From IMG/VR virus record IMGVR_UViG_3300045988_168418: a DNA stretch of 64,000 bases, one strand, 5' to 3'. Position numbers and translations under genes: made by a program. The notes below the pieces were generated by a model that was given only the letters and a program-made list of their open reading frames with translations, was not told the DNA's origin and ran no database searches. This DNA comes from a virus. This document shows, piece by piece, positions 48,718 through 57,320 of this stretch (the first letter of the stretch is position 1; each line of letters opens with the position of its first letter).

Positions 48718-48796
48718 AAATGAAGAGTGTTAAACTCTTCAGTTTGTTAATTTATTATAAGGGAATTAACACCCTAAAGGAAGGAAAACAGTTTCA

Positions 48797-48878
48797 TGAA
48801 CAGTGGGCGTGATGAGATTCGAACTCACATGACTCTAAGTCAGCGGATTTTAAGTCCGCCACGTATACCTTTCCGTCA
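48797..48878 (-). tRNA. tRNA-Leu(TAA), second copy with different acceptor
   Basis: Acceptor GGGCGTG/CACGCCC; identical anticodon arm GCGGA-CTTAAAA-TCCGC; variable arm TGACTTAGAGTCAT. Confidence 0.7.
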
Positions 48879-49130
48879 CACGCCCAAAATGAATAGATTC
48901 AAAGGCTCTTTACTCCAAGAGGATAAAACCTTATATTAAGCATTGACATTAAAGGCTTTGCTAATAGAAAGTTATATCTATCCAACTTTCAAAGACAAAA
49001 GATTTAATTTATCAGTCTGCAAAATTATTTAATTATTTGATACTTTAATTACAATGGACGTCCGCAGTACTTTTTAACAGGCACTTCTGCCTCCACGATT
49101 TAACCGAATCGCTCGGACAAGAAAATTCAC

Positions 49131-49150
49131 TTGCATTGCATTGCATTGCA
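49131..49150. repeat. (TTGCA)4 tandem repeat
   Basis: ttgcattgcattgcattgca. Confidence 0.85.
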
Positions 49151-49216
49151 TATCTATTGTCTGCCCATATGCTTTTGACTATCGTAGGTTTTTAAAAAGT
49201 AAGCCTATAAACTTGA

Positions 49217-49290
49217 TGCTTAAGAATGGACTTGAACCACCGACCTCATGCTTATCAGACATGTGCTCTAACCAACTGAGCTACTTAAGC
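49217..49290 (-). tRNA. tRNA-Ile(GAT)
   Basis: Acceptor GCTTAAG/CTTAAGC; anticodon arm CATGT-CTGATAA-GCATG; T-arm GGTGGTTCAAGTCCATT. Confidence 0.75.
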
Positions 49291-49316
49291 TTATATTTCT
49301 TTTTTCTTTTCTTTTC

Positions 49317-49358
49317 TTTTGATATATTTATTATATCATAATTTTTTATTTTTTTCAA
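49317..49358 (-). promoter_or_regulatory. conserved promoter/5'UTR motif
   Basis: ttttgatatatttattatatcataatttttt. Confidence 0.45.
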
Positions 49359-49762
49359 ATTATTTTTAGAGCCTATGCTATATGCTTACACCACCGCCAC
49401 CTAAATAGTCGCTACCTTGCTCAGAAAGAGGAATTTAATATTTTGTTTTTACAGAAAGGCACAAAATAAACCTATGTAATTTTTACAATACATTTTAAAG
49501 AAAGAGATGTGCAACACTGGTTTCTTGCACTCGCGGCGTTTGGTATCCGCGTTTCATATGACGTCACCCAGCTTTTACCACGCTTCTATTTTTTAGCTAT
49601 ATTAGCAAAAGATAAGAGAAGCACTAACGAATCTTACTTTCACCCACATTCGGGAACGGTTTCCTTATTCAAACCACTAAAGTCACTTCATCTCCGCATG
49701 AAGAACGTTTGTTCTTATTTACTAATAACTTCCTAGGTTTATCTGTAAATAAAAGACAAAAT

Positions 49763-49836
49763 TGCGGCGGGTGGGATTCGAACCCACGACCTCTTGGTTA
49801 TGAGCCAAGCGAGCTTCCAGGCTGCTCTACCCCGCG
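49763..49836 (-). tRNA. tRNA-Met(CAT)-like, D-arm close to E. coli tRNA-fMet; acceptor stem pairs poorly (possible pseudogene or non-canonical)
   Basis: CGCGGGG-TA-GAGCAGCCTGGAAGCTC-G-CTTGG-CTCATAA-CCAAG-AGGTC-GTGGGTTCGAATCCCAC-CCGCCGC; acceptor 1-7 vs 66-72 mostly unpaired. Confidence 0.45.
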
Positions 49837-49839
49837 ATA

Positions 49840-50067
49840 TTAAAATCTTCCGAGAAAATTTCCCAATTCATCAAAATCAAAACCTACTGGTTCTCTTTCA
49901 TAACCATTCGCAATTATAAAAGAAACTCTGGAAGCGGGTAAGGAAGAATACTGTTTTTTTAATTCAGTAAAATCCTCATCAAGAAAATCTTCTACAATAA
50001 AAGGACTATTGTGACAAGCAGATTGAATCAATTTGATTCCACCAAGTAATTTTTCTTTGTCAGTCAT
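49840..50067 (-). CDS. hypothetical protein
   Basis: 75-aa ORF. Confidence 0.3.
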   Translation of the reverse strand: MTDKEKLLGGIKLIQSACHNSPFIVEDFLDEDFTELKKQYSSLPASRVSFIIANGYEREPVGFDFDELGNFLGRF

Positions 50068-50169
50068 AAAAAATTTTCTCCTTTTTTACAAGACAGTTTA
50101 TTTTAGATTTATAAGAATTAAAAGTTCTTTCCTTGAAATAATATAATTGTTTGCTGTTTCTGTCTTAAA

Positions 50170-50242
50170 TGACCCCGGCGGGACTTGAACCCAGCATTAC
50201 GACCTTGAAAGGGTCGTATCCTAACCCTTAGACCACGGAGCC
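50170..50242 (-). tRNA. tRNA-Glu(TTC)
   Basis: Acceptor GGCTCCG/CGGGGTC (two G-U pairs); D-arm GTCTAAGGGTTAGGAT; anticodon arm CGACC-CTTTCAA-GGTCG. Confidence 0.65.
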
Positions 50243-50246
50243 GCAT

Positions 50247-50330
50247 ATTTGTACTGGGATTCAAACCCAGGTTCTCAGAATTAGTCTTAGACTGCTTAAC
50301 TATAAAGCTAAAAAACTTATTACTCTTCTT
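50247..50330 (-). other. orphan T-arm-like perfect hairpin (CTGGGTTTGAATCCCAG) with partial tRNA-like context, directly 5' of tRNA-Glu; no pairing acceptor found
   Basis: T-arm and 3' acceptor-like TACAAAT present, but no complementary 5' acceptor or anticodon arm. Confidence 0.35.
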
Positions 50331-50442
50331 CTATTGGCTCCTCGTTCATAATGAATTCCCAATATTTGGACTCATCATAAAATTCTTCACACTGTGTACC
50401 TAAGTCAAAATCATCAAACATAAATATCATTTCCTTTCTTCT

Positions 50443-50486
50443 TTTGATATATTTATTATATCATATATTTTTTAAAAAATCAATTA
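50443..50486 (-). promoter_or_regulatory. conserved promoter/5'UTR motif
   Basis: ttttgatatatttattatatcatatattttttaaaaaatcaa. Confidence 0.45.
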
Positions 50487-50497
50487 AGATTTTTTAA

Positions 50498-50571
50498 TCA
50501 CTCTTAACAGACTCGAACTGTTATCTTTACCTTGAGAGGGTAATATCCTATTCCTTTTAGACGAAAGAGTG
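50498..50571 (-). tRNA. tRNA-Glu(CTC)
   Basis: Acceptor CACTCTT/AAGAGTG; D-arm GTCTAAAAGGAATAGGAT; anticodon arm TTACC-CTCTCAA-GGTAA. Confidence 0.75.
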
Positions 50572-50799
50572 TTATAATATGTACGATCAGCTTTAACGCA
50601 CTTGATGCTTATTAAGTTGGTATTATAAGCATCTTTCACATAAATGGTATTACCAACGATCATTTATATAAAGTTTTCCCTTTGATCTAATGATTAGCTT
50701 GACATTCAAGTCTACCGCATCCTCGCGGACTAACTTCATTAGCTTTTAACCAGGTCTATCACAGTTAAGGAGTTTTATGTGTGTTCCTTCGCCACAGCG

Positions 50800-50883
50800 T
50801 GGGAGTGGAGGGAATCGAACCCACTCGATGCAAATGCCACCTGATTTACAGTCAGGTCGGACTCCTTAGCCGTTTACACTCCC
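50800..50883 (-). tRNA. tRNA-Tyr(GTA)
   Basis: Acceptor GGGAGTG/CACTCCC; anticodon arm CCTGA-CTGTAAA-TCAGG; long variable arm. Confidence 0.7.
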
Positions 50884-50890
50884 TCATTTT

Positions 50891-51241
50891 CTAAACAAAA
50901 TCAACTTTATCAAACATTGGTGCATAACTTTTAACATGATTATGAGTTAAAACGCCCATCAAAACTTCATTTTCATTTTCTTCTACGATAAAGATACGAG
51001 CCGTATCTGTCGTAACTGCTTGTCTACCTCTTGGAGCAGTTAATAGTTTAGCACATCTTTCAACTCTTTGCATGTCAGTAGTATTAACTTCCATTCTTCC
51101 TCTAGAACTAACTACTACAAAGACAGGCATATTATTTTTAATCTTTGGTCTTACATCAAGAATCCTACCGCACCAGTTGATATCATATTCTTCGTGCACA
51201 TCTGTTACTACTAAATGAGTTTTTACTAATACTTCCGCCAT
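50891..51241 (-). CDS. hypothetical protein
   Basis: 116-aa ORF immediately upstream of tRNA-Tyr. Confidence 0.35.
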   Translation of the reverse strand: MAEVLVKTHLVVTDVHEEYDINWCGRILDVRPKIKNNMPVFVVVSSRGRMEVNTTDMQRVERCAKLLTAPRGRQAVTTDTARIFIVEENENEVLMGVLTHNHVKSYAPMFDKVDFV

Positions 51242-51245
51242 CTTG

Positions 51246-51437
51246 TCACTCCTTAAAAGAATTAAAGAACTTTATAATATCTTTATTTACCTTTCTAGTT
51301 TCAGTATTCTCACTCCTTGGGGCGGATTTAGAAACATGAGATGGATGTTGCTCTTTCCAACAGGAAAGAAAATGTTTTGTAAGATTTTCTTCTTTTTCAA
51401 ATCCTTTTTTACAAGTAGGACAAATATACATATTCAA
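51246..51437 (-). CDS. small C2H2-like zinc-finger protein
   Basis: CPTCKKGFEKEENLTKHFLSC. Confidence 0.3.
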   Translation of the reverse strand: MNMYICPTCKKGFEKEENLTKHFLSCWKEQHPSHVSKSAPRSENTETRKVNKDIIKFFNSFKE

Positions 51438-51790
51438 TCTCCTTTATCAGCCTTTTCATTAACCGTTCCTGTAGAAATAGTGTGCTTAAAAAGACAGGAT
51501 AAAATAGCTAGATACTGAAATATTCTTTCTTAGCAGGAAAGTGCCCTATATGAGCAGTATAATTGCTGTATGTATCTATTTTTCCACTTCATTAAAAGAT
51601 GACGCTTTTAATGAAATTAGCTTTCGATACCATCTCTGTCAAGTCCTTAGCTTACAAGGACGGCGAAGTGTAAGCCCTTCATCCCGTACTCATACTTCCC
51701 ATTGATTTACAAGGCTGATAGTACGAAACAACCTTGGAAGAATTTCATAGGTCATCTATGACTGAGGTTCTTCAATTTCTCAGATTTGAG

Positions 51791-51862
51791 CTGGGGTAGC
51801 TGGATTTGAACCAGCGTATTTCGGAGTCAAAGTCCGATGCCTTACCGCTTGGCGATACCCCA
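51791..51862 (-). tRNA. tRNA-Gln(TTG)
   Basis: Acceptor TGGGGTA/TACCCCA (U1:A72); anticodon arm TCGGA-CTTTGAC-TCCGA; T-arm GCTGGTTCAAATCCAGC. Confidence 0.75.
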
Positions 51863-51871
51863 TTATAAACT

Positions 51872-51931
51872 GCCCCGGTGGGAATTGAACCCACAACACG
51901 CTGGTTAATCAGAAGTTGAGATTTGAACTCA
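51872..51931 (-). other. truncated tRNA remnants: two T-arm-like hairpins (GTGGGAATTGAACCCAC, TTGAGATTTGAACTCAA) with 3'-acceptor-like flank and no 5' halves
   Basis: T-arms and the 3' acceptor GCCCCGG present, no complementary 5' acceptor. They abut the 3' end of the frameshifted HNH gene. Confidence 0.4.
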
Positions 51932-52546
51932 AATATTTTCCCATTGCTCATCAGTGTATTTATCAATCTCAGATTTTTTTCGAGGGAGATTTTCTTTATC
52001 GCACCATTTTCTAATTGTATTATCACTACAATTATATTTTTCTGCAATTTTAGTAAAAGGTAACTCTCGAATTAATTTTTTTAATTCTTCTCTATCAGGT
52101 CTTTCAATAATTCGTCTTTTTAATTGAGCACATGATGGACATAAACCAGTTTTAGAAAAACGACTAATTTTTATTCCGCAATTAGAACATTTTCGTTCTT
52201 CTTTTTTATTTTCTTGTATCAATTCATTCGCATAATTATCATTATAAACTTGATATTTCCATAAATCAATTCCTTCATACAAATTAGTTGTATGAATTTC
52301 TCTATGACAATTTGAACAGACTAAAAGACATTTTTTTTTACTTCTTCTAAATCTTCTTCAATATTATGACAATTTCCACTGGATAATTGATACTTTTTAT
52401 CTTCTGGATTTATATATATGATGAAACTCTAAAGCTCCAACACATTTATTATATCCACATAAGCTACAACAAGAACCTAATACTTTTACTAAGTTTTCCT
52501 TTCTTCTCTTTCTAAAATCTGTAACAGCTTTAATATTATTACTCAT
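51929..52546 (-). pseudogene. HNH homing endonuclease gene interrupted by a frameshift in an A9 tract (+strand T9 at 52331-52339); downstream frame = ORF 51929..52282
   Basis: Upstream frame MSNNIKAVTDF...CCSLCGYNKCVGALEFHHIYINPEDKKYQLSSGNCHNIEEDLEEVKK stops after the A-run. The other frame continues CLLVCSNCHREIHTTNLYEGIDLWKYQ... (HNH + zinc ribbon + HTH). Confidence 0.55.
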
Positions 52547-52614
52547 AATTTTTCTCCTTTTCTATTTTATAAATAGAAAGAATTAACATTATGAGTTAAT
52601 CACTGTTGACCATA

Positions 52615-52676
52615 GTTCAAATGCATTACTTATGCTACTCCCGCACAGCCAGCCGTTCTACCATTGGACTACAGGG
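52615..52676 (-). other. tRNA-like 5'-half fragment (acceptor + D-arm-like GCCCTGT-AG-TCCAATGGTAGAAC...) without T-arm
   Basis: Minus strand GCCCTGTAGTCCAATGGTAGAACGGCTGG...; no 3' partner found. Confidence 0.25.
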
Positions 52677-53082
52677 CATTAAAACGTTGATTTACAAGAT
52701 GCTCTTATTATAAAAACTCCTTTTATCTATACAGAAATTCATTGCTGTAATGCATCTTTAATACTTTGTTTTCATGTATTTATTATATCATATATTTTTT
52801 AAAAAATCAATTAAGATTTTTTGCCTAGCGTTTCAGGTACTTTTTAACCCTAACTTGCTCAAAACAAGGTCTGATATTCACGCATACTCCTATAGTACCA
52901 TGGGGTTTAGGTCTCGATCAAGTAGTTGTACTCTTTTCATAGCCTGGACTCTTGAAAGATGGTTTAGTTCGTTTTATACCGCCTACTCCTTACGGCGGTC
53001 TGGCTGTCTCTCAAAGTCCATTTAACCGTTTCATAACACCCATCAGATTTAATCTGGATTAAGTGACTGCGGCACCATAGTC

Positions 53083-53106
53083 CCGTGGGGCTGGAATCGA
53101 ACCACC
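53083..53106 (-). other. isolated T-arm + 3'-acceptor-like tRNA fragment
   Basis: +strand CCGTGGG-GCTGGAATCGAACCACC; no 5' half within 100 nt. Confidence 0.25.
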
Positions 53107-53433
53107 CTAATAGTTATATACTTTAGCTCGTACTTATTAAATTACTTATAGTATTTTTTCTAGCTCATTATTACTACTTTCATAAAACAGTGACTTACTA
53201 CTCCTCAAACCTTGTCTCAGCGATTACCCAATTTTTCTTAATAAAATTTAGCTAGTTAAATAAAATTAAGATCAAATCGCACACGGGTTATAAATATTTA
53301 ATTATTTTGTTATAATGCAGTTTCTTTTCAATTAACCACTACTCAGACTTACAATTATAACAAGGTTATTAACCTAATGGATAGCACCGTTTAAAGCTCC
53401 TGAACTGCTTACCATCATATTGTAACTTGTTCA

Positions 53434-53513
53434 TAGGCGAGGCGAGATTCGAACCCGCACACACGAGGCACCAGTTCCTAAGACTGGCGTGGCTACCATT
53501 ACACCACTCACCC
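53434..53513 (-). tRNA. tRNA-Leu(TAG), 12-nt variable region
   Basis: Acceptor GGGTGAG/CTCGCCT (G1.U72, U4.G69); D-arm GTGTAATGGTAGCCAC; anticodon arm CCAGT-CTTAGGA-ACTGG; T-arm GCGGGTTCGAATCTCGC. Confidence 0.6.
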
Positions 53514-53557
53514 TTAAAATACTCTAAGTAAAACTCGAACCCACAGCAGCTTAAATA

Positions 53558-53578
53558 TTGTGTTGTGTTGTGTTGTGT
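53558..53578. repeat. (TTGTG)4 tandem repeat next to a tRNA fragment
   Basis: ttgtgttgtgttgtgttgtg. Confidence 0.8.
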
Positions 53579-53636
53579 TTACCAATTTCATCACTAGAGC
53601 TTATTTAGCCACGTGAGAAAAATTTGCACGTGTTAG

Positions 53637-53707
53637 TAGAATATGTGCGATTTGAACGCCGCCTCAAGTTCCCAAAACTCGTGTGCTACCATTACACCAC
53701 ATACTCT
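53637..53707 (-). tRNA. degenerate tRNA-like gene with UGG (Pro) anticodon loop; weak T-stem; likely pseudogene related to the 53434 tRNA
   Basis: GAGTATG-TG-GTGTAATGGTAGCAC-A-CGAGT-TTTGGGA-ACTTG...; T-loop TTCAAAT on only a 3-bp stem. Confidence 0.35.
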
Positions 53708-53928
53708 TTATTGTAGTAGACTATTGCGAACTTGCCGTCTACCATGGCGACTCATTTAATTTCTCCTTTTCGGATATGTTACAGTGATATAACTATAAAA
53801 TTGTGGGTGCGATCTTGCCTAGGTTCAAGCCTTTACCCCGGCGGAGCTAGTACAGGTACCTTTTCCGCTGTGCCCTACACTCTATTGCTGTGTATGCCGT
53901 TCACCGCATTTAATAAAGGATTTGCGAG

Positions 53929-53999
53929 CGGCTCCTACGGGATTCGAACCCATGCCGTCGCAGTCAAAGTGCGATGTGCTACCACTACACCAAGGAGCA
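53929..53999 (-). tRNA. tRNA-Gln(TTG), second copy; U1xC72 unpaired
   Basis: Acceptor TGCTCCT/AGGAGCC; D-arm GTGTAGTGGTAGCAC; anticodon arm TCGCA-CTTTGAC-TGCGA; T-arm ATGGGTTCGAATCCCGT. Confidence 0.65.
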
Positions 54000-54185
54000 T
54001 TATCCGAGACGCATACTCTCCTTGAGATTTGATTTACAGTCAAATTTTTGAAATTGCTTTTAGCGTCTCTTTATTTTTATTACTTATATATTATATAATA
54101 ATTTTTTATAAAAATCAAATTTAAGTAACCTATCGTTCCGTTCTTCAGTTACTTGGCTTTGCAATGCAAAGACGGAAACAAAGCG

Positions 54186-54259
54186 TGGAGTTAGAGAGGC
54201 TCGAACTCCCGACCTCTTGTTTGCAAAACAAGCGTTCATCCCGACTGAACTATAACCCC
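54186..54259 (-). tRNA. tRNA-Ala(TGC), second copy (G3:U70 present)
   Basis: Acceptor GGGGTTA/TAACTCC; anticodon arm CTTGT-TTTGCAA-ACAAG; T-arm GGGAGTTCGAGCCTCTC. Confidence 0.7.
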
Positions 54260-54367
54260 AAAATTAAAGTGCCGGCAAATATCCAACCTTTAATTTATAA
54301 AAAATATGAATGACAAGTTCATAAAAAATGTATGTTGTCATCATACATTTTGGCTTTGTTAGCCAAA

Positions 54368-54442
54368 CGACTCTGACGGGACTCGAACCCGTGTTATTCC
54401 ACTGTGACAGAGTGGTACCATAACCAACTAGGCTACAGAGCC
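54368..54442 (-). tRNA. tRNA-Asp(GTC)
   Basis: Acceptor GGCTCTG/CAGAGTC; anticodon arm CCACT-CTGTCAC-AGTGG; T-arm ACGGGTTCGAGTCCCGT. Confidence 0.7.
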
Positions 54443-54511
54443 AAAACAAGATGGAATTATTTTTGCACTTAATATCCCCAATATTACGCAACATTGCTGT
54501 GTCCATCTTAA

Positions 54512-54593
54512 TTGGGGAGGTAGGACTCGAACCTACGACGTTTCTTTGTCACGGTTTTACAGACCGCTACCCTCGCCGCTGGGTTACTCCCCA
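54512..54593 (-). tRNA. tRNA-Tyr(GTA), second copy
   Basis: Acceptor TGGGGAG/CTCCCCA; anticodon arm GCGGT-CTGTAAA-ACCGT; variable arm GACAAAGAAACGTC. Confidence 0.7.
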
Positions 54594-54913
54594 TCATTAT
54601 TAAGTTGGACAGCTATCCTTTAGAAGACGATGCTTCTGGAGCCTTAATAGTACCCCAAGTAATTTACCATCTCTACAAATTACCAAAGATTAGAACAATT
54701 TTCTCGTTTTGTTCATTAACGTCAGATTTTTCCGCTACGAGGTATCTGAAATATACCTTTATTTTTATATATTTATTATAGCATAATTTTTTTAAAAAAT
54801 CAAATGTTATAATAAATATTTTATGATGCACTCCCAATCTAAAAAACCTGTGGTTTCCTAGGAAGGATCTTCGAGTTCTCATCACAGTGGGCGGTAACTT
54901 CTGCATCTTTTCT

Positions 54914-54955
54914 TATGATATAATAATTATATCATAATTTTTTTAAAAAATCAAA
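54914..54955 (-). promoter_or_regulatory. conserved promoter/5'UTR motif
   Basis: tatgatataataattatatcataatttttttaaaaaatcaa. Confidence 0.45.
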
Positions 54956-55308
54956 TTGTTTTAAACTTAGGAACAATTTTAACCCCTACCATGGTATCTA
55001 GGTCTATTTTTTTCAGCCAGGTTTAACCTAGTTTATTTTTTTCCTTCTAAGTACGCAGACATCTTTTAGTTCATTTAATTACTTACAGGCTAACTAAGTG
55101 AGGAATACGCACTTTCCGCAATCTCTAAACGCCTAGGTTTTTAAAGTACAAAACCCTAAACTCGAAATTTCCTAGCTTGTTTTCTGGCACAACCTTGGAT
55201 TCATTCTTGCTAAAAAAGTTTAAGCCATATGTTTTTCTTTATTTCTTATGTATTTATTATATCATAAATTTTTCAAAAAATCAATTTAAGATTTTTGTCA
55301 TAACTTTT

Positions 55309-55632
55309 TTATTTACATCCTAAAAAATATCCATAATGACAAAGTAAATCTTCAATATTAGACCTTCCAACAGGATTCATTGAATGACAAACAAAACCGT
55401 ATAAAGGAATTTTATTTTCTACAATATATTTTGCAATGTCATATCCTGTTTTCTTTTGACCTAAGTCATGGTCTAAACTAAGAAAGACATTACCTTGATA
55501 ACAATAAGTTTTTAAAGCTTTAATTGCCTGTCTATAAGTTCTACAAACAACTTTTTCTTCACCCAACCACATTAAATTTTTTGGAATAGGTCTTTCATCG
55601 TCAACCCAAATAAAAGTTTTAACTTTGCTCAT
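55309..55632 (-). CDS. hypothetical protein with receiver(REC)-like N-terminus
   Basis: FIWVDDE...LSLDHDLG...GYDIAKYI resembles a CheY-like receiver core. Confidence 0.3.
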   Translation of the reverse strand: MSKVKTFIWVDDERPIPKNLMWLGEEKVVCRTYRQAIKALKTYCYQGNVFLSLDHDLGQKKTGYDIAKYIVENKIPLYGFVCHSMNPVGRSNIEDLLCHYGYFLGCK

Positions 55633-55702
55633 ATTTTATTCCCTCTTTCTCATTTCTTATATAAATATTATATCATAATTTTTATAAAAAATCAAAAGAA
55701 AA

Positions 55703-55773
55703 CAGGCAGTTTAGGAATCGAACCTAAATCTAAAATTTTGGAGACTTTTATGCTGCCATTGCACTAACTGCCT
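55703..55773 (-). tRNA. tRNA-Trp(CCA)
   Basis: Acceptor AGGCAGT/ACTGCCT; anticodon arm AAAGT-CTCCAAA-ATTTT; T-arm TTAGGTTCGATTCCTAA. Confidence 0.7.
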
Positions 55774-55782
55774 TCTTACTAT

Positions 55783-56445
55783 TTAATACCAGCCATTAGC
55801 ATCCCAAAAAGCTAACGCCGCATCCCAGCTTCCGTATCTTTCCGCTACATATTGCTCTGCAACTCGCTCTTGATTTTCTGCGGAATAATCTCCATTTAAC
55901 ATAGTATATGTTAATTGATACCTTCCTATATACTCTCCTGTTGGGCTAACAGCATTGTAATCGCCACCAGATTCTCTCTGAGCAATAATTTCTTTTGCAG
56001 AATTAGTATATTCATATACATACTCAACTACATTATCTTCTATAGGTAAATCTATATAATCTTGCTCTGTACTTAAATATTCGCTCCATGCAAAATATTG
56101 TTTACCATCTATTTCAATGATATCCCAACCATATTCTCCACTTATTCCAATTCTATGCACTTCAGTATTTGACGTTAATACCATTATTCGCTCTGAGTCG
56201 ATAGAAGGAATATTTCGAATATTCAAATTTGCTGTAGTATATACTTCTTCATCTACTCTTTCAGATGAAAAAAGTACATTCTGATTTTCTGAATCTACTA
56301 TTTGAAAATCGTTATTTTCATCAACAGCAATAAGAACTGGCTCTGAATTAAATTTATTTTGATATTCAACGTTTGCTGCGGAAACTGGCAAACTTAAGCT
56401 GAACGTCATTCCGCCAATTATTAACACTTTTGTAAGATTTTTCAT
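55783..56445 (-). CDS. secreted protein: signal peptide + SH3b-like domain + Rpf/lytic-transglycosylase-like domain
   Basis: MKNLTKVLIIGGMTFSLSLPVSAANV signal peptide; C-terminal RESGGDYNAVSPTGEYIGRYQL transglycosylase-like motif. Confidence 0.5.
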   Translation of the reverse strand: MKNLTKVLIIGGMTFSLSLPVSAANVEYQNKFNSEPVLIAVDENNDFQIVDSENQNVLFSSERVDEEVYTTANLNIRNIPSIDSERIMVLTSNTEVHRIGISGEYGWDIIEIDGKQYFAWSEYLSTEQDYIDLPIEDNVVEYVYEYTNSAKEIIAQRESGGDYNAVSPTGEYIGRYQLTYTMLNGDYSAENQERVAEQYVAERYGSWDAALAFWDANGWY

Positions 56446-56612
56446 TGTTTTCTCGCTCTCTTTCTAGTTTTTTTATTTCTATAAAGAACAGTTTGAAAAT
56501 AATTAAGAATCATTTTCAAATAAAAATTTTCAAATGAGAAAATTCTTTATAATAAAACCATAGGATCTTTTACTCTAAAATAGATTTTAAAGTAATTATT
56601 TCATTGTTACAA

Positions 56613-56690
56613 TGCGGAATCTGGGATTCGAACCCAGGACAAACATCGCTTATAAGGCGACCGCTCTAACCTTGACTGAGCTAATCCCGC
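56613..56690 (-). tRNA. tRNA-Ile(TAT), reads AUA
   Basis: Acceptor GCGGGAT/ATTCCGC; D-arm GCTCAGTCAAGGTTAGAGC; anticodon arm GTCGC-CTTATAA-GCGAT; T-arm CTGGGTTCGAATCCCAG. Confidence 0.65.
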
Positions 56691-57005
56691 GTATCCCCCA
56701 ACTGAGCCTAGCCAATACTCTTCTGTGGGGGTAGTTGATAGCTTTTGCAGATTTCGCTGCAAAGGGAGTGCATCACTGGGCTTCAGAGGTGCGAATCTCC
56801 TCTACGCATTGAATTGGCTACTCTCCCGTCCTGCCCCTGCGGCTATGTCTTATTTTACAACGTATTGCCGATACGTTGGTTCTTTATTTCTTCATTTCTT
56901 ATGTATTTATTATATCATAATTTTTTCAAAAAATCAATTTAAGATTTTTGTCCTATATTATAAAAATATTTTATAACATTATTATGATATAATATTTTAT
57001 AAAAT

Positions 57006-57296
57006 TCAAACAATAAAGTTAATCTTTCTTGACATAGAATTTATCCATAGTAAGTATTTATGACAATCCGCATAATTTTCCCAATAAAAAATCAATACGT
57101 CAGTTTTATCATTATAGCTTTCAATAGTAGCATGAAACGAATCCCTCAAAAGAAGAATGTATTTTTCTAAAGACATTTTTAATAGCCTCGCGGGAATCCA
57201 CCATTTACCAGCTATCCCCGCTAAATCAGAAGTATCATTACAATACCATTTACCCGAAGCTCCTTGCCATTCGCTAACCTTATATACATGACTCAT
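57006..57296 (-). CDS. hypothetical protein
   Basis: 96-aa ORF. Confidence 0.35.
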   Translation of the reverse strand: MSHVYKVSEWQGASGKWYCNDTSDLAGIAGKWWIPARLLKMSLEKYILLLRDSFHATIESYNDKTDVLIFYWENYADCHKYLLWINSMSRKINFIV

Positions 57297-57320
57297 AATG
57301 ATACCTCTTTCTTTTATCTT

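Noticed and set aside
51243-51518. Plus-strand 91-aa ORF overlapping the minus-strand Zn-finger ORF 51246..51437
   Set aside because: The minus-strand ORF has the conserved RBS and promoter context and a plausible C2H2 motif; the plus ORF is hydrophobic junk.
52850-53440. Possible tmRNA or other large structured RNA: + strand GGGGCTGGAATCGAACC at 53087 resembles a tmRNA 5' end
   Set aside because: No complementary 3' acceptor (CAGCCCC) within 500 nt on either strand. More simply explained as an orphan T-arm/acceptor fragment of a decayed tRNA.
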